Source: a virus (lineage: Duplodnaviria; Caudoviricetes). From it: 24,253 bases of DNA. Numbering within the stretch: the first letter of the stretch is position 1; the number at the start of each line of letters is the position of its first letter. The DNA lies in IMG/VR virus record IMGVR_UViG_3300032330_000999, positions 1-24,253 of that record. One strand, written 5' to 3'. Shown here one piece after another: positions 24,083 to 24,253 of the stretch. Below the pieces are notes generated by a model. It searched no databases. It was given only the letters and a program-made list of their open reading frames with translations, and was not told the DNA's origin. The translations under genes were made by a program, and so were the position numbers.

Positions 24083-24253
24083 ATGCCATTGATCAAATCA
24101 AAATCTGATAAAGCATTTAGCAAAAATATTTCTGCTGAAATTAAAGCTGGAAAACCTCAGAAACAAGCGGTAGCGATTGCTTATGCAGTTAAGCGTGCTG
24201 CTAAAAAATCTGGAGGATCTGCTAAGAAAAGCGCTAAAGCTAGTTATGGTGGA
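24083..24253 (+). CDS. Small basic phage protein, runs off the right edge ([34 protein letters not shown]...)
   Basis: Manual translation, 57 open codons; [15 protein letters not shown] is a motif I recall from many phage head regions. Confidence 0.75.
   Translation, partial: MPLIKSKSDKAFSKNISAEIKAGKPQKQAVAIAYAVKRAAKKSGGSAKKSAKASYGG

Larger units (their letters stand above)
1..24253. mobile_element. Tailed dsDNA bacteriophage genome segment (early region, replication, packaging and head modules)
   Basis: Terminase, portal-like, GroES, scaffold-like and capsid-like genes in phage order, dense small early ORFs on the opposite strand, no host housekeeping genes. No integrase or att site is visible, so prophage versus free phage cannot be decided. 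Confidence 0.96.

Noticed and set aside
1-24253. Alternative genetic code, programmed frameshift, intron/intein, or diversity-generating retroelement
   Set aside because: Genes tile densely under the standard code with normal lengths; no reverse transcriptase, homing endonuclease or adenine-variable repeat pair was seen.

Overview
The window is a 24 kb piece of a dsDNA tailed-phage (Caudoviricetes) genome, probably podovirus-like. The left 4 kb is a minus-strand early region with small ORFs, a degenerate SAM-dependent methyltransferase-like gene, a pyrimidine-dimer glycosylase-like gene and a DUF932 gene, driven by three copies of one promoter. Diverging rightwards come a structured RNA leader, a primase-helicase, an iteron-like repeat cluster, terS/terL, two uncharacterised genes (287 aa and 1827 aa), portal, GroES, scaffold, the capsid module and further virion genes. 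I saw no tRNA, CRISPR array, integrase or IS element. Strongest signals: (1) a 747-residue stretch with no lysine, directly after a PcfJ-like domain in the 1827-aa protein and ending at a KRGG motif; (2) a K/N-x-GG motif shared by four late proteins, plus an MRxEL motif; (3) the heptamer CGCGCCC, found 23 times and clustered downstream of terS in several reading frames, while CCGG appears absent; (4) a switch-like leader RNA that can hide the primase-helicase ribosome binding site. All family calls are by-eye motif recognition and all counts are manual; no database search was run.
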